Assembly: GCA_031370785.1 (NCBI GenBank)
Contig: JANMQY010000079.1
Span: 32,001-96,000, forward strand
DNA: 64,000 nucleotides
Reading direction: 5' to 3'
From: Candidatus Eiseniibacteriota bacterium
GTDB taxonomy: Bacteria > Eisenbacteria > RBG-16-71-46
The first letter of the stretch is position 1; each line of letters begins with the position of its first letter. The position numbers and the translations under genes were made by a program. Under the pieces are notes generated by a model that did not search any database, was not told the origin of the DNA, and saw only the letters and a program-made list of their open reading frames with translations. Below are positions 29,443-38,918 of this stretch, in pieces.

Positions 29443-30462
29443 TTATTTCGCGCTGCGCCGTCCCGATCCGCGCCGCGTCCCGGCGGCACGCGAGCTGGCG
29501 CGGCTGGGAGTGCGGCCGCCCGAGGTTGCCGGGCGGGCTCTGGCGCCTGATGCGCGCGCAACGGCCCTGGCGGCGGGTTTCTTCGCACTCACCTTCGCGC
29601 GGTTCTTCGTCGCCGAAGAGCGCGCGACCCCCGCTCTGGCCTTCGAAGTCGAAGTCTTCGTGGCCGCGCTGCGCAGCACCGCAGCTTTGCTCATGCGCTC
29701 CTGCTCGGCGCGGGCCTTCACGCGTTCCTGCTGGGCGCGAACCTTAGTCAGACGCTCCTGTTCCGCGTGGAACCTCGCGAGGCGCTCCTGCCCGATCCGG
29801 ATTTTCGCGAGGCGCTCCTGCTCGGCCAGATTGCTCTTCGCCGCACGCGCGTTGGCGGCTGCCGCGCCCTTGGCGACCGCCGCGACCTCGGCCTCGCGTC
29901 TTGCGAGCGGCACCGCGGCCGGAGGCGAGAACAGGTCGAGCGTGCGCCCCACCGGCTTTGCGACCCGGGCCTCATGGTCGAGGAGCCAGCGCTTGCGCGG
30001 AAGGCCGCCGCCGTAGCCGGTCATGGAGCCGTCGGCGCCGATCACCCGGTGGCATGCCACCACGATCGCGAGCGGGTTCTGGTTGTTGGCGAGCCCGACC
30101 GCGCGAGCGGCCTGCGGCTGGCCGACCTGGCGCGCGATTTCCGCATAGCTCACGGTCTCGCCGTACGGAATCCGACGGAGGACATTCCACACCTGCATCT
30201 GGAACTCGGAACCGATGGGGTCGAGCGGGACGGTGAACTCGGTTCGATTGCCGCTGAAGTAGTCGTCGAGCTGGTCGACGTACTTCTTCAAGTTGAGCAG
30301 CGACGGCTCCCACTTCGCGTCTGGATGCTCGGCCTCGTGCGCGCCGATCATGCGCTTGAGGCTCTTGCGGTCCATGAACTCGAGATAGCGAAGCCCGCGC
30401 TCGGTGCGCGCGAGAAACAGAAGCCCCAGGGGCGAGGACATTACATGGTAGGTGAGGCGCAT
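29443..30462 (-). CDS. ogt: Methylated-DNA-protein-cysteine methyltransferase with long repetitive basic tail
   Basis: SPLG, FQMQVW..L..IPYGETVSY, ARAVGLAN.QNP, ACHRVIG and GYGGGL..KRWLL. Confidence 0.88.
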   Translation of the reverse strand: MRLTYHVMSSPLGLLFLARTERGLRYLEFMDRKSLKRMIGAHEAEHPDAKWEPSLLNLKKYVDQLDDYFSGNRTEFTVPLDPIGSEFQMQVWNVLRRIPYGETVSYAEIARQVGQPQAARAVGLANNQNPLAIVVACHRVIGADGSMTGYGGGLPRKRWLLDHEARVAKPVGRTLDLFSPPAAVPLARREAEVAAVAKGAAAANARAAKSNLAEQERLAKIRIGQERLARFHAEQERLTKVRAQQERVKARAEQERMSKAAVLRSAATKTSTSKARAGVARSSATKNRAKVSAKKPAARAVARASGARARPATSGGRTPSRASSRAAGTRRGSGRRSAK

Positions 30463-30535
30463 CGCGGGGAGTCTAGCCGAGGGCCGAGCGGAGTGCCAAG
30501 CGCCGCGGGCGCGCCGGATCGTGCCGACCCGGTGC

Positions 30536-31273
30536 CTAGTGGCGCCGCACCGCGCCCAGCCGAGGCAGAACGCGACCGGTACGCGCGCAGTAGCGGGTGA
30601 ATTCGTCGCCGAATCTGCGCGCGAGCAGCGCCTCTTCGGCCTCCATGCGCGCGTGCAGCGCCAGCGCCATCAGCGCCGCGCCCACTAGGCCGATCGCGCT
30701 TCCGAATGCGAGCGCCGCTCCCAGGTTGGCGAGGCCCGCGCCGAGGTAGCCGGGGTGGCGGATGCGCGCGTAGGGCTCGCCGGTCTCGAGAGCGTGTTCG
30801 CGCTGCACCGCGACGACCGGGGCGAAGCGCGGCCCCAGCCGATCCATAGCCGCGATCCGCAGCGTGAGCCCCGCGGCCGCGAGCACGACTCCCGCCCAGC
30901 GCATGGGCGCTCCGCCCGGGAGCGGAAACCAGCCCATGCGCTCGCCAAGCGCGGAGAGCGGCGGAGTCAGAAGCGGGATCAGGAACAGCGCGAGCAGCAG
31001 CATGCGCTGGCCCGGCGCGGACTCGACCACGTCCTGCGCGCGCACCGGGCGCAGGAATCCGAGCACGAGCGTGGTCACCCCCCAGATCGCGACCAGCGCG
31101 AGCGCGCGAGCGTGATGAGCCAGCGCCCCCACGCCGCCCAGTGCCAGCGCGAGCAGCGCGGCGTCGAGCGCGGTCACGATCAGCGCGGTGATCAGCGTGC
31201 GCAGTGGATGTGTGCGACGTTCTTCGGCAGGGGTCACGGGGCGCAATCTATCAAATTGGGAGCGAGGCGTCAT
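30536..31273 (-). CDS. Isoprenylcysteine carboxyl methyltransferase / PEMT family membrane protein
   Basis: YARIRHPGYLG and EEALL..RFGDEF..Y. An alternative leaderless GTG start lies at 31237. Confidence 0.82.
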   Translation of the reverse strand: MTPRSQFDRLRPVTPAEERRTHPLRTLITALIVTALDAALLALALGGVGALAHHARALALVAIWGVTTLVLGFLRPVRAQDVVESAPGQRMLLLALFLIPLLTPPLSALGERMGWFPLPGGAPMRWAGVVLAAAGLTLRIAAMDRLGPRFAPVVAVQREHALETGEPYARIRHPGYLGAGLANLGAALAFGSAIGLVGAALMALALHARMEAEEALLARRFGDEFTRYCARTGRVLPRLGAVRRH

Positions 31274-31325
31274 CGCGCTAGGCTCGCGCCGCCCTCAGTA
31301 GTCGCGCCCACCCCTGGAGAATGTC

Positions 31326-31580
31326 ATGCCCGGCATGCCGCCGCTTCATCCCGTCCTGGTTCACCTGGCTCGCGCGCTCGCGGGACGCGCCGGCAAGGCG
31401 ACGCCGGTCGTCTCGGGGCTCGCTCTCGCGCTCCATCTCGCGGCCGCGATCGCGGTCGGGGTCGCGGGTTTCCGCGGTGGCCGACTGGTCTTCGAGCACG
31501 GCGGCGGTGTCCGCGTGCACGACCCGCTGGTTCCGAGCGATGGGCCGCCACGAGAAGAGGGCGAGCACGAGAAGGACTGA
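31326..31580 (+). pseudogene. Internally shortened DUF2231-like membrane protein
   Basis: N-terminal LHPVLVH joined almost directly to C-terminal AGFRGGRLVFEHGGGV; the central TM helices are absent. Confidence 0.5.
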
Positions 31581-31610
31581 GCGCGCCGCGCCCGGACCCA
31601 GGGCCTCCCA

Positions 31611-32432
31611 ATGCCCGCACAACCCCCGCTCCGCCTGATGGCCGTCCTTGCGCACCCCGACGATGAGTCGCTCGGGATGGGCGGCACGTTGGCGAGGTAC
31701 GCGGCCGAAGGGGTCGAAACCTACCTCGTCACCGCGACGCGCGGGCAGAGCGGACGCTTCCGCGGGATTCCCGCGGGCGAGGGACATCCGGGCAAGGAGA
31801 AGCTGGCGCAGATCCGCGAGGCCGAGCTGCGGGCCGCCGCCGAGGCTCTCGGCGTGCGCGAGCTCGCGCTGCTCGACTACATGGACGGGGAGCTCGATCG
31901 CGCCGAGCCACGAGGAGTGATCGCGAAGATCGCGGCGCAACTGCGGCGCCATCGGCCGCAGGTCGTGCTCACCTTCCCGTCCGATGGCATCTACGGCCAT
32001 CCGGATCACATCGCGATCTCGCAGTTCACGCTGGCCGCGATCGTGGCCGCGGCCGATCCGGCGCACGCAGCGGGCGCGGAGGCGCCGCATGCGGTGTCCA
32101 AGTGCTACTTCATGGTGACGTCCGAAGCCTCCTCGAACGCCTATCAGGCGGCGTTCAAGAAGCTCGTCTCCAACGTGGACGGCGTCGAGCGGCACCTCAT
32201 TCCGTGGTCCGACTGGTCGATCACCACGGTGGTGGATACGCGCGCGTATTGGGCGACGGCGTGGCGCGCGGTCTCGTGCCACGATTCGCAGATCGCCGGC
32301 TACCAGGCGCTGAAGACGCTCGAGCCCGATCATCACGAGGCGCTGTGGAGCAGCCGGGAGTACTACCGCGTATTCAGCACCGTGAATGGCGGGCGCAAGC
32401 GCGAGACCGACCTGTTCGAGGGCCTGCGCTGA
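31611..32432 (+). CDS. PIG-L/LmbE family N-acetylglucosaminyl deacetylase
   Basis: AHPDDE, ATRGQSG, R.AEL, YGHPDH and CHDSQ. Confidence 0.9.
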   Translation: MPAQPPLRLMAVLAHPDDESLGMGGTLARYAAEGVETYLVTATRGQSGRFRGIPAGEGHPGKEKLAQIREAELRAAAEALGVRELALLDYMDGELDRAEPRGVIAKIAAQLRRHRPQVVLTFPSDGIYGHPDHIAISQFTLAAIVAAADPAHAAGAEAPHAVSKCYFMVTSEASSNAYQAAFKKLVSNVDGVERHLIPWSDWSITTVVDTRAYWATAWRAVSCHDSQIAGYQALKTLEPDHHEALWSSREYYRVFSTVNGGRKRETDLFEGLR

Positions 32433-32659
32433 GGCGAGTCCGCACCGCGAACGAGCACGAGGCCCTGCCTCTGACGGCCAGGGCGCGCCAGGGCTTTCGA
32501 AACAGGTAGAGCGCGAAGCCCAGCGTCTCCCGGCCCCATTGCAGATATCCGTCGCGCCAGCGACGGATGCGCTTCAGCATCGCATCCCGATCCGGATCGT
32601 CGGGGTTCTCGGCCGCGAATCTCGACGTTCGCGGCGTAAAGGCGTCCGGACTCCACGCG

Positions 32660-34009
32660 CTACGGGTTCTCGAACACCAGATCGCGCCTGGTCCAGTCGA
32701 TGGTCATGCGCCATCCGCGCAGGAACGCGCCGGACAGCGCCGCATCGCGGCGCACGCCGTGTCGCCACAGCTCGCTGGAATCGATGCCGCCGGACCAGCC
32801 CGGCACCTTGTCCTTCGTGATCGGGCCGACGATCACCGCGGGCACGGTCACGCCGGTCCACGGCCGGCCGCGCAGCATCGAGCCGGCGCCGGTCACCGCG
32901 CGCGCGAGCACGCCGGCCTTGAGTCCGACCTCTTCGAACACTTCGGGTGGCGCGGCGATGCCGCATCCCGGGATGCCGCTGTCGAGCGCCATCGCCATCC
33001 GGCGCCCGCCATTCATCGTGCCGTAGACGGTCAGCTCGTTCTCGCCCCAGATCTCGAACGGAACGCGCCGCGCGTCGGCGGCCGCACCGATCGCGGCATC
33101 CACCGGACGCAGCTCGAGTCGCAGCTTGTCGTAGTCGATCGTGGGCGAGAAGTGGCGCAGCAGGTTGATCCCGATGACGCCGACCACGTGTTCACCCTGC
33201 GGATTCACCTCGACGCTCCAGCGTCCCAGCTTGAGCACGCCGGCGGGCACGTTCTCGATCTGAACGCCCTCGAGGTCGAGCCGCTGGACCATGGCGTTAC
33301 GCACTGTGACCCGATCGCCGTTCCAGAGCACCGGCTGACTCGCCGGGAGCAGCGAGAGCTTGAGCTGGCGCGCGAAGTAGTCGTCGATGAGCAGGTCGCC
33401 GGCGCCGGTTTCGACCGCCATCAGCGCGCGCTGTCCGTTGATCTTCACGCGCACCAGCGGAAGCGGGTAGGCACGCTGGAACGGCATGCTCGTCTCTTTC
33501 GCGCCCGAGATCCGATACGTGTCGCCTTCCGCGAGACGGCGCAGCATCTCGGCGTGGCCGGTCTGCCCCAGGGAATCCGCGAGCGCCGCGGCCGCGGTGA
33601 ATTCTCCGCGCCGGACACGCGCCGCCAGCAGATCGACGCCGGCGGTCGGATCTGCGTCGATGCCGCCGGCCAGCAGGCTCTCGGCCTCGGCGAGGCGATC
33701 GTTCCACAGCGCGAGCTTGCCGAGAGCGGCCTCGGCCGCATCGTCGCCGGGGTAGAGCTCGAGCACGCGCGTGAAGATCTTCCGGGCATCGGCGTAGCGG
33801 TTGAGCCGGAGCATCGCCACCCCGAGCGTGTCGAGCCGGGCGACGTTCGTGCTCTGCCCGACCGTATCGCGGAGCGCGGCACGCAGCGCGAACTGGGCGT
33901 CGCGGTAGGTGGCGTCGGGCTGGAGGAGCTCGGCATGCGCCGTGGAAATGCCGAACGCGGCGAGGGCGAGGACGAGAAGTGCAAGGGCGCGCTCCCGCGC
34001 GGCCGCCAC
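32660..34009 (-). CDS. Secreted TPR protein with two retropepsin-like aspartyl-protease domains
   Basis: Signal peptide and TPR helices; VKING...MAVETGA, GVIGINLL, MALDSG and ALSGAFL. GTG at 34009. Confidence 0.72.
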   Translation of the reverse strand: MAAARERALALLVLALAAFGISTAHAELLQPDATYRDAQFALRAALRDTVGQSTNVARLDTLGVAMLRLNRYADARKIFTRVLELYPGDDAAEAALGKLALWNDRLAEAESLLAGGIDADPTAGVDLLAARVRRGEFTAAAALADSLGQTGHAEMLRRLAEGDTYRISGAKETSMPFQRAYPLPLVRVKINGQRALMAVETGAGDLLIDDYFARQLKLSLLPASQPVLWNGDRVTVRNAMVQRLDLEGVQIENVPAGVLKLGRWSVEVNPQGEHVVGVIGINLLRHFSPTIDYDKLRLELRPVDAAIGAAADARRVPFEIWGENELTVYGTMNGGRRMAMALDSGIPGCGIAAPPEVFEEVGLKAGVLARAVTGAGSMLRGRPWTGVTVPAVIVGPITKDKVPGWSGGIDSSELWRHGVRRDAALSGAFLRGWRMTIDWTRRDLVFENP

Positions 34010-34010
34010 C

Positions 34011-35210
34011 TCAGCGCTCCAGGAACTTGCGCGCGGTGCGCAGCAGCACCTCGGCTCCGAGCGCGAGGCAGGCCTCGTCGACATCGAAGCGCGGGTGATG
34101 GTGGCCCCAGTGCAGGCCACGCGACTCGTTGCGCGAGCCCACCGCGATGAAGCACCCCGGCACCTCGCTGAGGAACGCCGAGAAGTCCTCGCCGCCCATG
34201 GTGCGCACGTCGTCGAGCACGTTGGCCTCGCCGACCAGTTCGATCGCGGCCTCGCGTGCGATCGCGGTCATCGCTGGATCGTTCACGGTCGGACGGTTGT
34301 GACGCAGGTACTCGACCTCGACGCGGCAGCCGAACGCATCGGCGACCCCGCGCACGATGCGCTCGAAGCGGCCGGGCAGCTCGTTCCATACCTCGTCATC
34401 GAACACCCGGCAGGTGCCGTTCATCCACGCGATCTCGGGGATGACGTTGAATGCCGAACCCGCCCGGAGCTGGGTGACGCTCACCACCACTTCCTTGAGC
34501 GGGCTCACCTCGCGGCTCGCGATCGCCTGCAGCGCGCTGACCATGTGCGCCAGGCACAGCACCGGGTCGATGCCGAAGTGCGGCATCGCCGCGTGCGCGC
34601 CCTTGCCGCGCACGGTCACGGAGAACTCGTCCACCGCCGCCATCCACGGCCCCGGAGTGACGCCAATCTTACCGAGATCGAGGTCCTGCCATACGTGGAG
34701 CCCGAACGCGGCGTCGGGACGCGGCTTCTCGAGCGCGCCGTCGGCGATCATCGCGAGCGCGCCGCCGCCCTGCTCCTCGGCCGGCTGGAAGCACAGCCGC
34801 ACCGAGCCCTTGAGCTCCGGCGCGAGCTCGGCCAGCTTCTTCGAGATGCCGAGCAGGATCGAGGTGTGGCAGTCGTGTCCGCACGCATGCATCTTGCCCG
34901 GCGTCTGCGATCGGTATGCGGTCTCGTTCTCCTCGTGGATCGGAAGTGCGTCCATGTCGGCGCGCAGCAGCACGGTCTTGCCGGCATGTCCGCCGCGGAC
35001 GGTCGCGAGCACACCGGTCCTGCCCACCCCGGTGCGCGGCTCGAGGCCGAGGCCGCGCAGCCGATCGGCGACGATCGTCGAGGTGCGCACTTCTTCGAAC
35101 GCGATCTCAGGATGCTGATGCAGGTCGCGGCGGACGGCGATCAGTTCGTCCACGTCGGCGCGAGAGAAGCTGGTCTCGGCGTTCCTGCGGATGACGGTCT
35201 CGGCAGTCAT
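34011..35210 (-). CDS. M20D amidohydrolase
   Basis: RRDLHQHPE, LRADMDALP, MHACGHD, FQPAEE, GGEDF and HHPRF. Confidence 0.92.
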   Translation of the reverse strand: MTAETVIRRNAETSFSRADVDELIAVRRDLHQHPEIAFEEVRTSTIVADRLRGLGLEPRTGVGRTGVLATVRGGHAGKTVLLRADMDALPIHEENETAYRSQTPGKMHACGHDCHTSILLGISKKLAELAPELKGSVRLCFQPAEEQGGGALAMIADGALEKPRPDAAFGLHVWQDLDLGKIGVTPGPWMAAVDEFSVTVRGKGAHAAMPHFGIDPVLCLAHMVSALQAIASREVSPLKEVVVSVTQLRAGSAFNVIPEIAWMNGTCRVFDDEVWNELPGRFERIVRGVADAFGCRVEVEYLRHNRPTVNDPAMTAIAREAAIELVGEANVLDDVRTMGGEDFSAFLSEVPGCFIAVGSRNESRGLHWGHHHPRFDVDEACLALGAEVLLRTARKFLER

Positions 35211-35453
35211 GAGCGTGGCCTCGGTGTCGTTCAGTGTGGGCGCGGTGTGGCCCGGCACGCGGTCGGGCGCGCAGCGAGCGCGCATTCTACGCTTCGCCAG
35301 CCGCGCGCGCCATGCCGCAGAGGCGCTGGAGCTGGCCGCGCGGCCAGTTGAGGCGGCCGACCCGCAACTGGCCGCCATAGCGAAGCGGGCCGGAGCACTC
35401 GCCCCGGCCCGCCGCGATCCATCGGTGCGCGACCTTTCGAGGCCGCGCGCCTC

Positions 35454-36941
35454 TTACTTCTGCAGCAGCTTGCGCCTTTCGACTTCCTTCTTCAGCACGT
35501 CCTTGTTGAGCACCACGAACTCGACCCGGCGGTTCTTCGCCATGTTGAGCGCGCTGGTGTTCGGGACGAGCGGCTTGAGCTCGCCGTAGCCCTTCGCGGT
35601 GTACTGCTCGGGCTTGAGGGTCGGGAAGTTCTTGATGAGGTAATCCATCACCGATCTCGCCCGAGCCTCGCTCAGCCCCTGGTTGTAGGCGACGCTCCCG
35701 CGCGAGTCGGCGTGACCACCGATCTCGATCTTGAGCTCCGGCCACTTGGAAAGCACCGTTCCGACCACGTTCAGGACCGGATACGACTCGGGCAGGATGT
35801 CGGCCTTGGCGGTCTCGAAGTTCACGTTGTTGAGCCGGATCATGCCGGTGTCGAGCAGCTCGGTCTCTTTCTCGGTGACTTCGATCGGGCAGCCGTCGCT
35901 GTCCACCTTGAGTCCGGCCGCGGTGCCCGGGCACTTGTCGAGCCCGTCGTAAACGCCGTCGCCGTCCGAATCCATCGGGCAGCCCTTCGCGTCCACGGTC
36001 GCACCCCTGGGCGTGTCGGGGCACTGGTCCAGACCATCCAGAACGCCGTCGCCGTCCGAGTCGGTCGGGCAGCCCTTCGCGTCAACGGTTGCGCCCTTCG
36101 GCGTGTCGGCGCACTGATCCATTCCATCGAGAACGCCATCGCCGTCGGTGTCCTTCGGGCAGCCGGTCGCGTCCACGGTCGCGCCCTTGGGCGTACCGGG
36201 GCACTTGTCCAGGCCATCCAGAACGCCGTCGCCGTCCGCGTCGTGCGGGCAACCGTCGGCGTCCACCGTCGCGCCGAGCGGTGTATCCGGACACTTGTCC
36301 TTGCGGTTGGGCACACCGTCCGCATCGTCATCCTTGGGCGTGCCGCCGAAGGTGAACTGCAGGCCGGCGCCGAAGATTTCGTAGTTGAGCTTGGCGCTCT
36401 CGGGGCGCTTGTTCGGAATCCAGAGCAGGTTGCGCGCCTCGAGCCTCAGCCCGAGGTGGTCGGAAAAGCGGAACAGCCACCCACCGGCGACGTCGAAGAC
36501 GCCCTGGTCGAAGTTGTCCTTGCTCGTGTCGGGAAAGACCTTCGTGTCCTTGATCGTGGTGCGCGCCGCGCCGAAGCCGACGCTGACCCACGGTGCGCCC
36601 CACGAGCCCGGCGTCGGACTGAAGATGATGTTGCCCGTCGCGTGGATGAACGTGAGGTCGGTCTCGTTGCCACTCCCGTCCTTCGCCTTGCCCGGGGTAT
36701 AGCCGCCGGCGATTTCCAGCCCGAGGCCGTTCGACATGATGTGACCGAAGCGCAGGCCGCCGTTGACTGCATCCTTCACCGTAATGCTGTCGTTGCTGGT
36801 GGCGAACTTGCCGAACTGTTTGTCGAAGTGAGTGATCCCGCCGAAGGGTGTGAAGTAATTGCGGGATTCCCCGGCGGTCGCGCGCACGGGGGCGATCGCA
36901 AGCATGGCGAGGGCAAGGAACAGAATGACTCTGACGCGCAT
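35454..36941 (-). CDS. OmpA family protein (beta-barrel + TSP type-3 repeats + OmpA_C)
   Basis: Signal peptide, barrel strands, five DxDGDGV..DxCP repeats, IGGHAD..G...YN..LSEARA and NRRVEF. Confidence 0.9.
   Translation of the reverse strand: MRVRVILFLALAMLAIAPVRATAGESRNYFTPFGGITHFDKQFGKFATSNDSITVKDAVNGGLRFGHIMSNGLGLEIAGGYTPGKAKDGSGNETDLTFIHATGNIIFSPTPGSWGAPWVSVGFGAARTTIKDTKVFPDTSKDNFDQGVFDVAGGWLFRFSDHLGLRLEARNLLWIPNKRPESAKLNYEIFGAGLQFTFGGTPKDDDADGVPNRKDKCPDTPLGATVDADGCPHDADGDGVLDGLDKCPGTPKGATVDATGCPKDTDGDGVLDGMDQCADTPKGATVDAKGCPTDSDGDGVLDGLDQCPDTPRGATVDAKGCPMDSDGDGVYDGLDKCPGTAAGLKVDSDGCPIEVTEKETELLDTGMIRLNNVNFETAKADILPESYPVLNVVGTVLSKWPELKIEIGGHADSRGSVAYNQGLSEARARSVMDYLIKNFPTLKPEQYTAKGYGELKPLVPNTSALNMAKNRRVEFVVLNKDVLKKEVERRKLLQK
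35886..36335 (-). repeat. Five 90-bp (30-aa) thrombospondin type-3 Ca-binding repeats
   Basis: xDxDGDGVxDGxDxCPxTPxGATVDxxGCP five times; boundaries approximate. Confidence 0.85.
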
Positions 36942-37135
36942 GGAGCACTCCTTTAGCTAGCGATGGCGGACGTACGCCGGAACCTCGAGAGCGTGGATGC
37001 GGTGCAGGCTGTCAGTCGCGGCAAGATAACCGCTTGCCCCAGGCGCAGCAAGGACCAACGCCCGGCCCCGGCGGGACCCGCGCGGCGGCTGCCCGCGAAA
37101 ATGGCGCGGCGAGCGCCCGCGGCGCGCAAAGGCGA

Positions 37136-37165
37136 CGGGCCGGACCCTTGGAGGGGTCCGGCCCG
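37136..37165 (-). terminator. GC-rich hairpin after the second OmpA gene
   Basis: Perfect 12-bp inverted repeat CGGGCCGGACCC / GGGTCCGGCCCG about 20 nt past the stop. Confidence 0.6.
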
Positions 37166-37185
37166 GGCGTTCTCAAAGCCCTGCG

Positions 37186-38715
37186 CTACTTCTTCGTCGT
37201 GTCCGGCGGGGCCGGGGTGGGCGCGGGTGCGGGGACGGCCTCGCCCTTCTGGAGCAGGCGGCGCCGCTCGTTCTCGCGCTTGAGCACGTCCTTGTTGAGC
37301 ACCACGAACTCGACCCGGCGGTTCTTCGCCATTCCGAGCGCGTCGGTGTTCGGCGCGATCGGCTTGAGCTCGCCGTAGCCCCTTGCCGTGAACTGATCCG
37401 CCTTGAGGTTCGGGAAATGCTGAACCAGATAGGTCAGCACCGATGAAGCGCGCGCCTCGCTCAGCTTCTGGTTGTAAGCCACGCTCCCGCGCGAGTCGGT
37501 GTGACCGCCGATCTCGATCCTCAGCTCGGGCCACTTCGACAGCACCTGCCCGACCACGTTCAGGACCGGATACGACTCGGGCAGGATGTCGGCCTTGGCG
37601 GTTTCGAAGTTCACGTTGTTGAGCCGGATCATTCCGGTGTCGAGCAGCTCGGTCTCGCGCTCGGTGATCTCGATCGGGCAGCCGTCCTTGTCGACCCGGG
37701 CCCCGGCCGGAGTGTCCGGGCACTTGTCGATGCCGTCCGGCACGCCGTCGCCGTCCGAGTCGGTCGTGCAACCGGTCGAATCCACCTTCGCGCCCTTCGG
37801 AGTGTCCGGGCACTTGTCGATGCCGTCGAGCACGCCGTCGCCGTCCGAGTCCATCGGGCAGCCCTTCGCATCCACGGTCGCGCCCCTGGGCGTGTCGGCG
37901 CACTGGTCGATGCCGTCCCAGACGCCATCGCCGTCCGAGTCCGACGGACATCCGCTCGCATCGACGATCGCGCCCTTCGGAGTGTTCGCGCACTTGTCGA
38001 GCCCGTCGAGCACGCCATCCGCATCGCTGTCCTTCGGACAACCGGTCAAGTCCACGGTCGCGCCGAGCGGCGTGTCCGGGCACTTGTCGCGCCGATCCGG
38101 CACGCCGTCGCCGTCGGTGTCGCGCGGCTTCGCGCCCATCGCGAGCTCGATGCCCGCGCCGAACACCAGGTTGTTGTAGAGGAACTTGATCTTCGGTTCC
38201 TTCTGCATCAGCGAGACGTTGCGCGCTTCGAGCCTCAGCCCGATCGCGTCGGTGAGCCAGAAGCGCACGCCGCCGCCCAGCTCGACCGTTCCGTACGTCA
38301 ATTTGCGGCTCGGAAGGGAGCTCGACGAATTCGCGGAGTACTTGAGATTGCTGTAGCCGTAGCCTGCGAACAGGAACGGTCCGCCGTAGCGCCCCTGGAA
38401 CGGAGTCAGCATCAGGTTGCCCGAGGCGTGCCAGAAGTCCACGTCGCGCCCGCCGGTGCTGTCCTCGGTCGTCGGCGCGAAGCCGCCCGCCGCTTCGATG
38501 CCGAAGGCGCGACCGTGCCATCCGATCCGGCCGCCGGCGTAGAGCTCGTCCTTGAGCGGCAGCGTGCCGGGGAAGAACAGGTCGCCGTCGAAGATGGTGT
38601 AACCGGCGAAGGGCGTGAGCGTGAAGTACGAGCCGATGGGTTCCGCCGAGGCCGCGCGCGTCGCGAGCAGCGCAGCACAGACCACGAGGGCGAAACGAAG
38701 GCGGGCGCGGCGCAT
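37186..38715 (-). CDS. OmpA family protein, paralog 2 (beta-barrel + TSP3 repeats + OmpA_C)
   Basis: ATG at 38715 after GGAG, signal peptide MRRARLRFALVV, five TSP3 repeats and OmpA_C motifs. Confidence 0.9.
   Translation of the reverse strand: MRRARLRFALVVCAALLATRAASAEPIGSYFTLTPFAGYTIFDGDLFFPGTLPLKDELYAGGRIGWHGRAFGIEAAGGFAPTTEDSTGGRDVDFWHASGNLMLTPFQGRYGGPFLFAGYGYSNLKYSANSSSSLPSRKLTYGTVELGGGVRFWLTDAIGLRLEARNVSLMQKEPKIKFLYNNLVFGAGIELAMGAKPRDTDGDGVPDRRDKCPDTPLGATVDLTGCPKDSDADGVLDGLDKCANTPKGAIVDASGCPSDSDGDGVWDGIDQCADTPRGATVDAKGCPMDSDGDGVLDGIDKCPDTPKGAKVDSTGCTTDSDGDGVPDGIDKCPDTPAGARVDKDGCPIEITERETELLDTGMIRLNNVNFETAKADILPESYPVLNVVGQVLSKWPELRIEIGGHTDSRGSVAYNQKLSEARASSVLTYLVQHFPNLKADQFTARGYGELKPIAPNTDALGMAKNRRVEFVVLNKDVLKRENERRRLLQKGEAVPAPAPTPAPPDTTKK
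37675..38124 (-). repeat. Five 90-bp TSP3 repeats
   Basis: Same 30-aa unit as in paralog 1; boundaries approximate. Confidence 0.85.
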
Positions 38716-38918
38716 AGAGTTCTCCATGATTGCCAGGGTGAAACGGAGGGTGCGGTTGATGGCGCAGGAGCCCGGTCTCTCCCGTCGGACGGTTCGGAAG
38801 GCGGGACGATAGCGGCGGAGAACGGCGGAGGCAAGCTTTGCGCGCGCGAGTGCGCGTCGGCGCCGCGCGCGAGTAAGCGCCGGCCCTGCGCGCCGGGAAC
38901 GCGGCAGGCGCGCTTCGT

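Noticed and set aside
35886..38124. Periodic repeats as a possible CRISPR array
   Set aside because: They are 90-bp in-frame degenerate coding repeats (TSP3) with no unique spacers and no cas genes.
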